DNA of 64,000 nt from an uncultured Candidatus Marinamargulisbacteria bacterium (GCA_964521915.1 CAZFTP010000001.1:67611-131610), one strand, 5' to 3'. Positions 1-9,733 are shown, numbered from the stretch's first letter. A program made the numbers and translations. Notes: generated from the sequence alone by a model not told the origin.

Positions 1-692
1 TTGACACTGGTATGAACCGTATTGGTTGTAGTATGACCACTGCCATAGAATTAATTAAATATGTATTAACTTTACCCAATTTAGAAATTGAAGGTCTATA
101 TACTCATTTTGCTACTGCAGATAAATCTAATTCCGAATATTTTTATTTCCAATTCAATAATTTCCAAAAAATTCTCAATGAAATAAAAAAAGAAAAAATT
201 CATATTCCTTTAATTCATACAGCTAATTCTGATGCCACCATTAATTATCCGGAAAGTCATTTTGACATGGTAAGGCTAGGTATTTCTTTATTTAAAAACA
301 CTTTAACCTTTAAAAGCTATGTTGGTTTTATCAAAAAAATACCGGCACAATCACAAATAAGTTATGGTGGTACTTACCAAACAGCTCAACCAACTTATCT
401 GGCTACCATAATGGTTGGTTACGCTGATGGGTTACCAAGGAGTCTTAGTAACAAAGGAAGGGTGTTAATAAAAGGAGAAAGTTATCCGATTGTAGGCAAC
501 ATCACCATGGATATGACCATGATAAATATTGGAGAAAATCCGCTTAGTATTAAAAAAGGTGATGAAGTAGTATTAATTGGCAAACAACTAACAAAAGAAA
601 TTACCATAGATGAAATTGCCTTAACTGCAAATAGAGTCAATTATGAAATTCTTACTGGCATATCTAAAAGAGTGAATCGAATTTATCATTGA
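1..692 (+). CDS. alr: alanine racemase, C-terminal portion (5' end lies outside window)
   Basis: Frame is open from base 3 (..DTGMNRIG at the window edge, an alanine racemase motif); YTHFATAD motif present; ORF track 12..692. Confidence 0.8.
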   Translation, partial: DTGMNRIGCSMTTAIELIKYVLTLPNLEIEGLYTHFATADKSNSEYFYFQFNNFQKILNEIKKEKIHIPLIHTANSDATINYPESHFDMVRLGISLFKNTLTFKSYVGFIKKIPAQSQISYGGTYQTAQPTYLATIMVGYADGLPRSLSNKGRVLIKGESYPIVGNITMDMTMINIGENPLSIKKGDEVVLIGKQLTKEITIDEIALTANRVNYEILTGISKRVNRIYH

Positions 693-748
693 ATTTTGAC
701 GCTTTTTTTACCGATAATATTTATATATAATCCTATAAAGAAAGATTT

Positions 749-3250
749 ATGCAAGAAAAAATTCAACCGCAAAAGCCGTATCTTTTTGTCGATATTTCTA
801 AACCAACCGGTATAAAACCGAATGTTGAGCATAATAAAACTTTATCTGATTTATCAGCTGTTTTTGATTATTTAATTTCCGTTAATAAAACGACTTCTAT
901 CAGCCATTTAATCCAGAATATTAAAAGTCTGTTAGAAAAAAAAGAACCTGTCCCTCCTAGTGTTTACAATCGAATAACACAACAAGCAGAAATGTTTTTA
1001 CACCTAATTAATACTTTACCAACAGAAATACAATATAAAAGTATTGCTAGTTTGCAATTAATTATTCAAGTCTTATCCGATATTAATAACGATCTAACTG
1101 ATCATCAAAAAGAAAGCCTTACTAAATTAAAAGAACATCTTTTTAGTTTACTTTCTAAGTACGAGCCTCATTTTTATCTAAACCAAAAAGAAATAAGAAG
1201 AGCTTTTTTTAAATTAAAAAATGAATCAACTACACTTACTGAATTACTAACACAACCACCTCTTGAAAAAAATTCAAATAACCTAAAAAATAATTCTAAA
1301 TTTTCTTTACCGGAATTAATTAAATTAACCAGCAAACAAAATCATCAACGTGTTGTTTTAAGACAAATTGAAACAACACCAAAAAACATTCAACAATTAT
1401 TACAAAATCTCAATCTTTATTTAAACCAAATTATCAATAATCAAATTCAAAATAGTCAAATAATTATGCATAATATTACCGATACACTTAACAAATTAAG
1501 TACCCTGTTTTTATTTTCTCATTTTTTAACACCTACTTTATATCATCATTTAATTATGATTTTTGAAACGGCTGTAAACTTAATTGATAACCAAAAATAT
1601 CAAACTTTGATTGATAAACAACTTACTTTTTTAACAAAAACTATCCCTAAAATGCCAATTAATTTACCAGTATTAGAAACGAATACTTTAAAATTAAATT
1701 TTTTAGATCATGGTTATTTAAAATCATTATTATCGATAACTTCACTAGAATTAAAACCAGATTTTGAAAATGTAATTGAAATAGTCAAAAATGCAATAAA
1801 GTCACCTAAAAATAATAATTTAGAAACAAATCAAATTTTTATTAAAGATCTTATTACTAAAATCATTAAAAATCGTGCCAGCAATCGAAACGACCTCTTG
1901 GTACTTCTGGCAACAATTTTACGATTAGGACAACTTTTAATCATAACTCAAAAAAATTCTCTTCAATTCCGTAATTATTTAGCTTTAATGGACACCCTGA
2001 AAAATGTTAATTACAATTTTAAAGAAACTAATCTTAATATATGGACTATTCTTAATAGAATAGATTTTAAAATTTTAACTAATATTAACTCTATTTCTAA
2101 TACCGGTACCACTAAAAACACGCCAAATATAAATTTTACTACAGATCAACAACTACCAAAATTAAATTCTTATAATATTAATCATCAGCTAATTGATCCT
2201 ATAATTAAACAAAAAAATGACATGCCTATTTATAAACCCAATTTTGAACATCACGAAATTTTATCGGTTTCTGATGAACCCCCAACTCTAATTGCGGAAC
2301 GAATCTTATTATTAGATAATTTTAATCATCATCAGCCTGAAGAACATATTAACTCTTTTATTTCTAATTTTTTCTGGTTTGAAGACTATTTAATAACAGG
2401 TTACGGCGATGGAACTATCAAAATTTGGCTAAAAAAAGATGATAAGTACAAACTAACTGGTTTTTTTGATTCTCATCTAGACCAAATCAATGATTTAAAA
2501 CTTTATAAAAACAACCTTGTTTCTGGTTCTGCAGACGCCAGCATCAGCCTTTGGGACGTTATTAACACTCGGCATCTTCTTAAGTTTAAAGAACATCGAG
2601 ATCAAATTACCAAATTGCATATAGGCTGGCATAATATCGGAATTGGCGATATGGAACTAGTAATGAGCAGTTCTTTAGATGGTACCGTAAAAATTTGGGG
2701 AGCAAAATCTGGTATTTGTCTTAAAACTCTAGATATTAACAATTCCGGGGTAACAGATTTTTGTTTTCAAGGTGAAATCATTATTACCAGCTCCAAAGAT
2801 CAAGTTATCAGGGTGTGGGATATCATCAATAATAATTGTTTATTAAACTTAAAAGGGCATTCTGCAGAAATTACCGGGTTAAAAATATTTGGTTCTTTAT
2901 TAATAAGTGCTTCAAAAGATCATACAATCAGATTGTGGGATTTAGAAAATGGTAATTGTGTTGATGTTCTTTACGGACATCAAGGCGGTATCAATTATTT
3001 ATGGATAGATTCCAACCAAAAACTTATTAGCGCCAGTGATGATAAAACTATCAGAATTTGGAATTTAAACAATAAAAAAACCAGTCGTATTTTAAAAGGG
3101 CACACAGCTGAAATAACTTGTATACAAACAAATAATAACCAATTATTAAGTAGCGGCAAGGATCATAAATTATTACTCTGGGATCTTACCACCGGCGAGT
3201 GTATTGAGCACTTTAACGGATCTTCACTAGCTAAAGATTTATTAAAATAA
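749..3250 (+). CDS. F-box-like / WD40-repeat protein. About 520 aa of Asn/Gln-rich helical N-terminal region, then a putative F-box-like segment (PPTLIAERILLLDNF), then 7 WD40 blades
   Basis: Repeated WD dipeptide blades (IKIWL, ISLWDV, VKIWG, IRVWDI, IRLWDL, IRIWNL, LLLWDL) each preceded by GH/SxS motifs; L-x-x-E-I-L-L-L-D motif about 50 aa before the first blade; no Walker A motif. Confidence 0.6.
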   Translation: MQEKIQPQKPYLFVDISKPTGIKPNVEHNKTLSDLSAVFDYLISVNKTTSISHLIQNIKSLLEKKEPVPPSVYNRITQQAEMFLHLINTLPTEIQYKSIASLQLIIQVLSDINNDLTDHQKESLTKLKEHLFSLLSKYEPHFYLNQKEIRRAFFKLKNESTTLTELLTQPPLEKNSNNLKNNSKFSLPELIKLTSKQNHQRVVLRQIETTPKNIQQLLQNLNLYLNQIINNQIQNSQIIMHNITDTLNKLSTLFLFSHFLTPTLYHHLIMIFETAVNLIDNQKYQTLIDKQLTFLTKTIPKMPINLPVLETNTLKLNFLDHGYLKSLLSITSLELKPDFENVIEIVKNAIKSPKNNNLETNQIFIKDLITKIIKNRASNRNDLLVLLATILRLGQLLIITQKNSLQFRNYLALMDTLKNVNYNFKETNLNIWTILNRIDFKILTNINSISNTGTTKNTPNINFTTDQQLPKLNSYNINHQLIDPIIKQKNDMPIYKPNFEHHEILSVSDEPPTLIAERILLLDNFNHHQPEEHINSFISNFFWFEDYLITGYGDGTIKIWLKKDDKYKLTGFFDSHLDQINDLKLYKNNLVSGSADASISLWDVINTRHLLKFKEHRDQITKLHIGWHNIGIGDMELVMSSSLDGTVKIWGAKSGICLKTLDINNSGVTDFCFQGEIIITSSKDQVIRVWDIINNNCLLNLKGHSAEITGLKIFGSLLISASKDHTIRLWDLENGNCVDVLYGHQGGINYLWIDSNQKLISASDDKTIRIWNLNNKKTSRILKGHTAEITCIQTNNNQLLSSGKDHKLLLWDLTTGECIEHFNGSSLAKDLLK

Positions 3251-3369
3251 CAACCCAAAACTAAAATAGAAATTCATTATTAGCATTAATTTTTGCTTAA
3301 ATAAGATCATTTTCTGATAAAAAAAATTTTCCTAAAAGAAAATAGCGCCGCTTAAACCCCCGGCATTTT

Positions 3370-3750
3370 TCACATTTCAATCGTACAAGTGGCATCAATA
3401 CCACCACGGGTGTTATAGATAGAAGTTACTTTAAGATAGTGTGGATTGAGAATTTTTTTAATGTCTTGAAAGATTCTATCTGTTACACCTTCTTGATAAA
3501 TCCCAACGTTTCTAAAAGAAACAAAATAATATTTCAAAGATTTTAACTCTACGCATAGTTTATCTGGAATATATTCAATTTTTACATGTGCAATATCCGG
3601 TAACCCAGAAAAAGGACATACCGCAGAAAATTCTTTGGTCTCGTTAAGAATATGTTGTCTTTCTCCTTCATATGGAAAGGTTTCTAAAAAATCAGTTCTG
3701 ATTTTATCTTCAGAATCAAATGTAAATTTTTTACCTTCAGCGAATATCAT
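3370..3750 (-). CDS. queF: NADPH-dependent 7-cyano-7-deazaguanine (preQ0) reductase
   Basis: 126 aa; CPFSGLPD catalytic Cys motif and ELKSLKYYF motif typical of type-I QueF. Confidence 0.85.
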   Translation of the reverse strand: MIFAEGKKFTFDSEDKIRTDFLETFPYEGERQHILNETKEFSAVCPFSGLPDIAHVKIEYIPDKLCVELKSLKYYFVSFRNVGIYQEGVTDRIFQDIKKILNPHYLKVTSIYNTRGGIDATCTIEM

Positions 3751-3887
3751 TGTTGCTCCTTTTTATGTATACCCGTGGGGCGAAGCCCCACGGGTATACG
3801 AGAGAAATTGTTTTGCCCTGCCGGGCGGGCTTTAAGGCTTCGCCTTAAAAATCCTTTTTTTCTAAGGGGCTGCGCCTCTTAAACCCC
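3751..3887. repeat. GC-rich mosaic intergenic repeat cluster (modules A and B) between queF and the amidotransferase gene
   Basis: Perfect 33-nt hairpin at 3767-3799 (gtatacccgtggggc-gaa-gccccacgggtatac) plus ttctaaggggctgcgcctcttaaacccc unit; related copies at at least 8 other loci. Confidence 0.85.
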
Positions 3888-4457
3888 TTAAATATAATAG
3901 GCAAGAAAATTTTTAAGAATTTTCTTGCCTGGTTCAGTTAAAATAGATTCCGGGTGAAACTGAATTCCTTCAATCGGAAATTTTTTATGCCTAACGCCCA
4001 TAATAATTTTGTCTTTGGTCCAAGCAGAAATTTCTAAATCATCAGCTAAATTGTTATTATCTATAACCAAAGAATGGTATCTGGTAGCAATAAAAGGGTC
4101 TTCTATATCTTTAAAAATCGTTTTATTATCATGAAAAATTTCTGATGTTTTCCCATGCATTAAACTTGGTGCATAAGTAATTTTTGAACCAAAAACTTGA
4201 CCAATGGCTTGATGCCCCAAACAAACACCCAAAATCGGAATTTTAGGTCCTAATTTTTCTACAACTTCTTGAGATATTCCTGCATGTTCTGGTCTACCTG
4301 GCCCTGGTGAAATTACTAAATATTTTGGTTTTAATTTTTCGATTTCTTCAACGCTTAAAACGTCATTACGAATTACCTTAATATCTTGCCCAAGCTCACC
4401 AAAGTATTGGACTAGGTTATAAGTAAATGAATCATAATTATCAATAATTAATAGCAT
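3888..4457 (-). CDS. glutamine amidotransferase component II of anthranilate/aminodeoxychorismate synthase (TrpG/PabA type)
   Basis: MLLIIDNYDSFTYNL N-terminus, GVCLGHQ catalytic Cys, HPES motif; start moved to the internal ATG at 4457, which is preceded by AAGGAAA. Confidence 0.85.
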   Translation of the reverse strand: MLLIIDNYDSFTYNLVQYFGELGQDIKVIRNDVLSVEEIEKLKPKYLVISPGPGRPEHAGISQEVVEKLGPKIPILGVCLGHQAIGQVFGSKITYAPSLMHGKTSEIFHDNKTIFKDIEDPFIATRYHSLVIDNNNLADDLEISAWTKDKIIMGVRHKKFPIEGIQFHPESILTEPGKKILKNFLAYYI

Positions 4458-4493
4458 TAGTATTTCCTTGTATCTCCATTGGGCTACGCCCAA

Positions 4494-4719
4494 TGGAGAT
4501 ACGAAAAAGATATTTTTCTAAGGGACTCCGTCCCTTAAACCCTGTGGGGCTTCGCCCCGAGAACTAACAAGGTTTTTCTAAGGGGGCAAGCCCCTTCAAC
4601 CCCCAAAAATCATGTTAATCATTTAATCATGCGAATCCTGGTTCAGACAGTTCTCCGTCCCTTAAACCCTAGGTTTTATTTATGTATACCCGGGTGGCTC
4701 CGCCACCCGGGTATACGAA
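4494..4719. repeat. GC-rich mosaic repeat cluster (modules B, C, A) inserted between the component I and II synthase genes
   Basis: Units gggactccgtccc, ggggcaagcccc and gggcttcgcccc; ATCAT array at 4606-4650; perfect hairpin at 4684-4716 (gtatacccgggtggc-tcc-gccacccgggtatac). Confidence 0.85.
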
Positions 4720-6123
4720 TTACAAAATCGCTTGCAACAACGCGTAAGCTTTGTGGCAAGTTTCTTGATATTCCTTTTCAGGGTCAGAATCTGTTACAAT
4801 TCCAGCGCCAGCTTGAACATAAAGCTTACCAGCTTTTGCTAGAATAGTCCTAATAATAATACAAAAATTTAGATTATCTTGAAAATCAAAATAACCCATG
4901 GCACCGGCATATGGTCCGCGTTCACAAGGTTCCAGTTCTTCAATAATTTCCATAGCCCTAATTTTAGGCGCACCACTTACTGTGCCAGCTGGAAAAGTTG
5001 CCTTAAAAAGATCAAAAGCATCAAATTCGAGTTTTAATTTGCCAGTAACTTTAGTAACCATATGAATTACCCGAGAATATTTTTCAATATCAAACATATT
5101 TTCGGTTTTTACTTCATCAGCTACTCGGTTTAAATCGTTTCTGGCTAAATCTACCAGCATAATGTGTTCTGCTCTTTCTTTCTCATCTTGCAATAAATCG
5201 GCTATTACTTCCGGCTCTTTTAAAAAGTCATCCGGTCTTTGACGCGTACCTGCTATTGGTCTTAATTCTGCTATTCGATTATCGGATCTTACCAAAATTT
5301 CCGGCGAAGTACCAATAATCTGAAATTCAGGAGTATTATAGTAAAACATGTATGGTGAAGGGTTAATAAAACGTAATTTCCGGTAAATATCAAACGGGTT
5401 TTCTTTGGATTCAAAACTAAATTTCTGAGATAAAACTAGCTGAAAAATATCACCCTCAAAAATATAGTTTTTAGCTTTTTCAACTGCTTTTTTAAAATCT
5501 TCTTTTTTAAAATTACTTTGAATTTTTTCAAAAGGAATATGCTTTTGAATATTAGTTAAGAGTTTATTCTCACCCTGAAGTGGTTTTAAAATTCTTTTTT
5601 CAATTTCCGCTATTTTTTGTTTTGCTTTTTGTTCATCCTCTTTTTCAGCTAAAACTAAAATTATTACTTTTCTTTTTACATGGTCAAAAATTACCAGTGA
5701 ACCTGGAAAAAGAAAATGCATTAAAGGAAAATCAGTTTTTTCTTTATCTCGTTTATTGATTTTTTCAATATGATGAATTATCTCCCAACTAAAAAAACCG
5801 ATTGCACCACCAAAAAAATCCGGTAATAAAGGATCTTTTTTTACATCAAATTGGTGGTTTAGATTTCTAAGAATACTAATAGGGTTCTCTTTGGATTTAG
5901 ATGTTTTGTTTTCTAAAGTTATGGTTGTTTCATTATAATCATTTGTAACTTGGCAAAACGGATCAAAACCAATGAAGGAAAATCTCGCTAAATTTTCACC
6001 ACCAGTTACACTTTCTAATAAAAAGCTATTAGGTACATTAAGTTTAAGATAAAGCGAAACCGGAGTTTCCAAATCATCTAAGATTTCTTTATAAAAGGGA
6101 AAAAGTAATTTTTTTTCTGTCAT
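4720..6123 (-). CDS. anthranilate / para-aminobenzoate synthase component I (TrpE/PabB family)
   Basis: 467 aa chorismate-binding enzyme; C-terminal GTVSGAPK...PCERGPYAGAMGY...GAGIV motifs; no other trp genes nearby, so PabB is possible. Confidence 0.8.
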   Translation of the reverse strand: MTEKKLLFPFYKEILDDLETPVSLYLKLNVPNSFLLESVTGGENLARFSFIGFDPFCQVTNDYNETTITLENKTSKSKENPISILRNLNHQFDVKKDPLLPDFFGGAIGFFSWEIIHHIEKINKRDKEKTDFPLMHFLFPGSLVIFDHVKRKVIILVLAEKEDEQKAKQKIAEIEKRILKPLQGENKLLTNIQKHIPFEKIQSNFKKEDFKKAVEKAKNYIFEGDIFQLVLSQKFSFESKENPFDIYRKLRFINPSPYMFYYNTPEFQIIGTSPEILVRSDNRIAELRPIAGTRQRPDDFLKEPEVIADLLQDEKERAEHIMLVDLARNDLNRVADEVKTENMFDIEKYSRVIHMVTKVTGKLKLEFDAFDLFKATFPAGTVSGAPKIRAMEIIEELEPCERGPYAGAMGYFDFQDNLNFCIIIRTILAKAGKLYVQAGAGIVTDSDPEKEYQETCHKAYALLQAIL

Positions 6124-8445
6124 TTACTTCACTTCTTTAATTTCGTTAAATTTAGCTTTAAAAGCAACTACAATTTCAGGGTCAAATAATTTCGAATTTT
6201 CTATTTGTTTAAGGGCTTCTTCTGGTGTAAATCGACAGGTTTGGTGATAATATTTGTCGTTTGCTTTAGTAAGATAATAGCCAAAATTAGTTAAGGTATC
6301 GTAATGATCCGCCAAACCGATAATTTTGGCTTCTAAAGGAATTCGTTCATCACTTATACCTTCGGGGTAACCGGAACCATCAAAACGTTCGTGATGTAAT
6401 TTAGCGGCATTAATGTATTTATGTAAAATAGGGAATTGCTCTAATAATTTTGCCCCTTTTTCGGCATGAGATTTTAAAAGTATGTAATCTTCAAAAGTTA
6501 TTTCATTGGGTTTAAATAAAGCATTTGAATCAATCAATAATTTTCCGACATCATGAAGAATCGCACCATATTTTACCAAGTTAATTTCATCTTGGCTTAA
6601 ATTTAAACCTTTAGCTATAATTTCCGCAATTTTACTTACCCTTAAATTATGCATATACAAGGATTCATTTTTTTCTTTTAATTTATAAGCAAAGGCTTTA
6701 ATAGTGTTTATTTCTGAATATTTTGAGAGATTGGCTTGCTTAACTCCTTCTTGAACTTTTTGATAAGTTAGTACTCGGTTTCTTCCTAATTTTTTAGCAT
6801 TATAAAGAGCTTTATCTACCATGTATAAAAGTAAATCTTCCTCATTGGTGGTTTCTAAAAACATTTGGGCTTTGGCTGAATAGGCCATATCATCCGGAAA
6901 AGAGGAAATACCAAAACTAGCAGTAACTTTTAAGGGAGTAATTTTGTAGTTATTGTTTTCGAATTCCTCATTAATTCTATTTTGTAATAACTTTTTCATA
7001 TCATTAACAAAATCAGATTTTTTTATAGTCGGTTCATTAACTGGGAAAATTAATAATTCAATTCTGTTATTAACAATTTTTTCTAAAAAAATAGTTTCTA
7101 TTTCTTTTTGGGTATTTTTAATTTTAACAGAATAAAACTCTAATTCTTCAATTTTCATTCTGATTTTTTCCGCAACAGTAAAAGCTTCCATACTATCTGC
7201 ACCAACCAAAATACCGATTATTTCTTCACCACCGTATCTAGCGGCAATATCGGTTTTCCTGATAGTGTCCTTGAAAATTGATGCGACATGTTTTAAAACC
7301 ACGTCTCCTACCGGATGTCCAAAATTATCATTAATCTTTTTAAAGAAATCGATATCTAACATCACTAAAGAAATTGGGTAGGTATGGAGTTTTGATTTTT
7401 CTATTTCATCAACTATACTTTTTTGAAAAAATCCACGGTTGAATAATTTAGTTAGCCCATCTTCTAAAGCAAGAATTTCAACTGAACTATATAATTCTGC
7501 ATTTTCTATGGCAATAGAAATAAGGGAAGCCATCTCAATAATTATTCTTCTTTCTCTTTCATCGTAAGGTGTATCATCTTTTTTATCGGTAACATTAATT
7601 ACCCCTATTACTTGGTCTTTGGCTAATAGCGGAACGCACATAAAAGAATTAGAGCGGTAATTGTTTCTGTTAGTAAATTCAGCTTTTAATTTATTTAGGT
7701 TATCTATATCAGGAACAAAAAAAGGAATGCCACTTTGAGCCACTTTACCAGCTATTCCTTCACCTATTTTTTGTCTTTTACCAATAATTTTTCTTTTGGG
7801 TTTAGCCGCTTTTATTACCAATTCTTCTGTATTTTGATCTAAAAGCATTACGGAAATAGTTTTAGAATTTAACATCTGGGAAATTATGTTAATAATATAT
7901 TGTAAAGTTTTTTCAATATTCAATGTTGAAGTGATGATTTTAGAAGCAGTGTATAGTTTTTTGTATTCATCAAGAACAAATTTTAAATCAGTAATATTTT
8001 TTTCTAATTTTGAAGCTTTATTATTTTTTTTAGAAGAAACAAGATTAATTTTTAATGACATATTTTTGAGAATGGTATTATTTTCAACCATTTGCATGAG
8101 GGATTGAATGTTTATTTCAACCAGTTTGATAGAATCAGAATAATGAAATACTAATTTTGTTTCGTTAAGAATTGTTTGAGGCACATCATCACGATAATTT
8201 AATAATAGTGCTATTTCCGGTTTAGCTTTTTTAGTTTCCAAAAGGTAATTTTGAAGATAAATAAGAAATTCACCGTTATTTTTGAAAGGATTTAATATAA
8301 TAATATCCGGTGGGTTTTTTCCAAGTTTTTTTCTAAAACCAGATAAAGAACTTTTAATTTCCAAGGAAAAATCTAATAACGGAGATAAAACATTGAGTTT
8401 ATCTAGGAAATCTTTTCTTTTATCATTTATTAAAATTCTAATCAT
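6124..8445 (-). CDS. c-di-GMP signalling protein: degenerate receiver-like N-terminus, GAF-like region, GGDEF domain (GGEEI variant) and HD-GYP domain
   Basis: RYGGEEIIGIL (GGDEF-type), HDVGK and HHERFDGSGYPEG (HD-GYP); the N-terminal PDIIILNPF resembles a receiver with Asn at the phospho-acceptor position. Confidence 0.75.
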   Translation of the reverse strand: MIRILINDKRKDFLDKLNVLSPLLDFSLEIKSSLSGFRKKLGKNPPDIIILNPFKNNGEFLIYLQNYLLETKKAKPEIALLLNYRDDVPQTILNETKLVFHYSDSIKLVEINIQSLMQMVENNTILKNMSLKINLVSSKKNNKASKLEKNITDLKFVLDEYKKLYTASKIITSTLNIEKTLQYIINIISQMLNSKTISVMLLDQNTEELVIKAAKPKRKIIGKRQKIGEGIAGKVAQSGIPFFVPDIDNLNKLKAEFTNRNNYRSNSFMCVPLLAKDQVIGVINVTDKKDDTPYDERERRIIIEMASLISIAIENAELYSSVEILALEDGLTKLFNRGFFQKSIVDEIEKSKLHTYPISLVMLDIDFFKKINDNFGHPVGDVVLKHVASIFKDTIRKTDIAARYGGEEIIGILVGADSMEAFTVAEKIRMKIEELEFYSVKIKNTQKEIETIFLEKIVNNRIELLIFPVNEPTIKKSDFVNDMKKLLQNRINEEFENNNYKITPLKVTASFGISSFPDDMAYSAKAQMFLETTNEEDLLLYMVDKALYNAKKLGRNRVLTYQKVQEGVKQANLSKYSEINTIKAFAYKLKEKNESLYMHNLRVSKIAEIIAKGLNLSQDEINLVKYGAILHDVGKLLIDSNALFKPNEITFEDYILLKSHAEKGAKLLEQFPILHKYINAAKLHHERFDGSGYPEGISDERIPLEAKIIGLADHYDTLTNFGYYLTKANDKYYHQTCRFTPEEALKQIENSKLFDPEIVVAFKAKFNEIKEVK

Positions 8446-8451
8446 AATTAT

Positions 8452-8928
8452 TTAATTTAAAATATTAATTTTATCTTCGGGTTGAGATAAAACTCGAAAT
8501 TCAACTTTAGCTTCATTAAAAAGATCTTGATACATTTTATCCGGATATATGTTATAAGTAACTACCCTAATTATTCCGCTATTTACCATGAGTTTTGCAC
8601 AGATCAAACAAGGTGAATGAGTACAATATAAAGTTGCCCCTTTGATATTGATACCATGCAATGCGGCTTGAGCAATCGCATTTTGTTCTGCATGTACAGC
8701 ACGGCAGATTTCGTGCCTAGTTCCCGAGGCAATTTTGAGTTCGTCTCGCATACAACCTTTGGTGAGGCAATCTGTAACGCCTTTTACCGCACCATTGTAA
8801 CCAGTAGTAAGAATTTGTTTATCTTTAACAACCACTGCACCAACGTGATGTCTTAAACAAGTACTTCTTTCGGAAACAAGCATAGCAATTTTAAGAAAAT
8901 ATTCATCCCAGGAAGGTCGTTTTATCAT
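8452..8928 (-). CDS. deoxycytidylate (dCMP) deaminase, ComEB-like
   Basis: HAEQNAI and [11 protein letters not shown] zinc-binding cytidine-deaminase motifs; 158 aa. Confidence 0.8.
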   Translation of the reverse strand: MIKRPSWDEYFLKIAMLVSERSTCLRHHVGAVVVKDKQILTTGYNGAVKGVTDCLTKGCMRDELKIASGTRHEICRAVHAEQNAIAQAALHGINIKGATLYCTHSPCLICAKLMVNSGIIRVVTYNIYPDKMYQDLFNEAKVEFRVLSQPEDKINILN

Positions 8929-9130
8929 ACTTAATCATTATAACAGAGTTTTAAGGGGTTTTTAAGTGGCTTTAGCCCCTATTTATATATACCCATGAGG
9001 CTTCGCCTTTTGAGTTTTTCATGTATACCAGAGTGGCTTCGCCACCCGGGATTCTTAAAGGGGGCAAGCCCCCTTAAACTCCATGAGTTTACCCTAGTGC
9101 CTTTTGCCTTGAGTTTCCAGTGTCTTTTAC
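8929..9130. repeat. GC-rich mosaic repeat cluster (modules A-degenerate, B, D)
   Basis: Units gggggcaagccccc and ctagtgccttttgcct; degenerate gtatacc...gccacccggg hairpin. Confidence 0.75.
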
Positions 9131-9226
9131 CTATTTTTACAAAAATAAAATAAGTTTTTTTATATTTACAAAAATAAAAAAACTAAGTATATTAGCTTTT
9201 AATAGTAAAAAATAAGAGGTGTGATA

Positions 9227-9733
9227 ATGGGAAATGGTGTATCAAAAACAAGTGCCGGACAGAGAAAGACAACAAAATCTTCATTAGCCGGAAGTTCAGA
9301 AGACAAAAAAGCGGAAAGAATTTTAAGGCTTATAAAAGCAAATGAGAATTGTGAAGGATCAACTTTCCTTGCTTCTTTACCTCAAATGGGAATGACTCCT
9401 GTTGAAATAGCTAGATTACAGGTTGCGACCCTAGCTTTAACAAGTGGTAGTATAAGCAGAGGTAAAGCAAAAACTGGTTTAGGAGCTGAAACGTTAGAAA
9501 GGATTTCCCAAGGGCATCCTTCAGGCAGAGCTACTCCACCTAAACCCAGACCTACTTTTGCACACAGTCATTCGTATGATGATTCACCCCTTCAATTACA
9601 TCCTGGTTATTCTTCTAGTTCCGAAATGGATTCTCCAAGAAAAAAATCCAGATCAACAGATGATATAGCTATACCCCCGGATAAAAAAAGAAAAACAAAA
9701 TTAGAAGAAAGAAGAGGGTCAGATCAGGTTTAA
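9227..9733 (+). CDS. hypothetical eukaryotic-like protein: N-terminal MGNGVSK (N-myristoylation consensus), Ser/Pro-rich, C-terminal KKRK basic patch
   Basis: ATG at 9227 lies 5 nt downstream of AAGAGGTG; local GC is clearly higher than surroundings; no recognisable bacterial domain. Confidence 0.55.
   Translation: MGNGVSKTSAGQRKTTKSSLAGSSEDKKAERILRLIKANENCEGSTFLASLPQMGMTPVEIARLQVATLALTSGSISRGKAKTGLGAETLERISQGHPSGRATPPKPRPTFAHSHSYDDSPLQLHPGYSSSSEMDSPRKKSRSTDDIAIPPDKKRKTKLEERRGSDQV

Noticed and set aside
3635-3835. Short ORFs on the opposite strand or overlapping annotated genes and repeat clusters (3635-3835, 4629-4847, 6953-7135, 7886-8107, 8656-8856, 10366-10566, 10746-10952, 11261-11485, 13667-13990, 17795-17992, 18502-18720, 20270-20494, 20606-20806, 23934-24137, 24794-25021, 27627-27818, 30672-30866, 31212-31430, 33043-33246, 37541-37759, 37825-38016, 38415-38678, 39108-39293, 39386-39574, 41543-41731, 45262-45465, 49962-50237, 52590-52817, 53751-53999, 55397-55600, 59360-59605, 60514-60813, 61381-61602, 61768-61953, 63406-63597)
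   Set aside because: All lie antisense to, or nested in, strongly supported long genes with clear motifs, or span GC-rich repeat clusters (4629, 11261, 13667). They lack RBS and have no recognisable domains, so they are shadow ORFs typical of AT-rich DNA.
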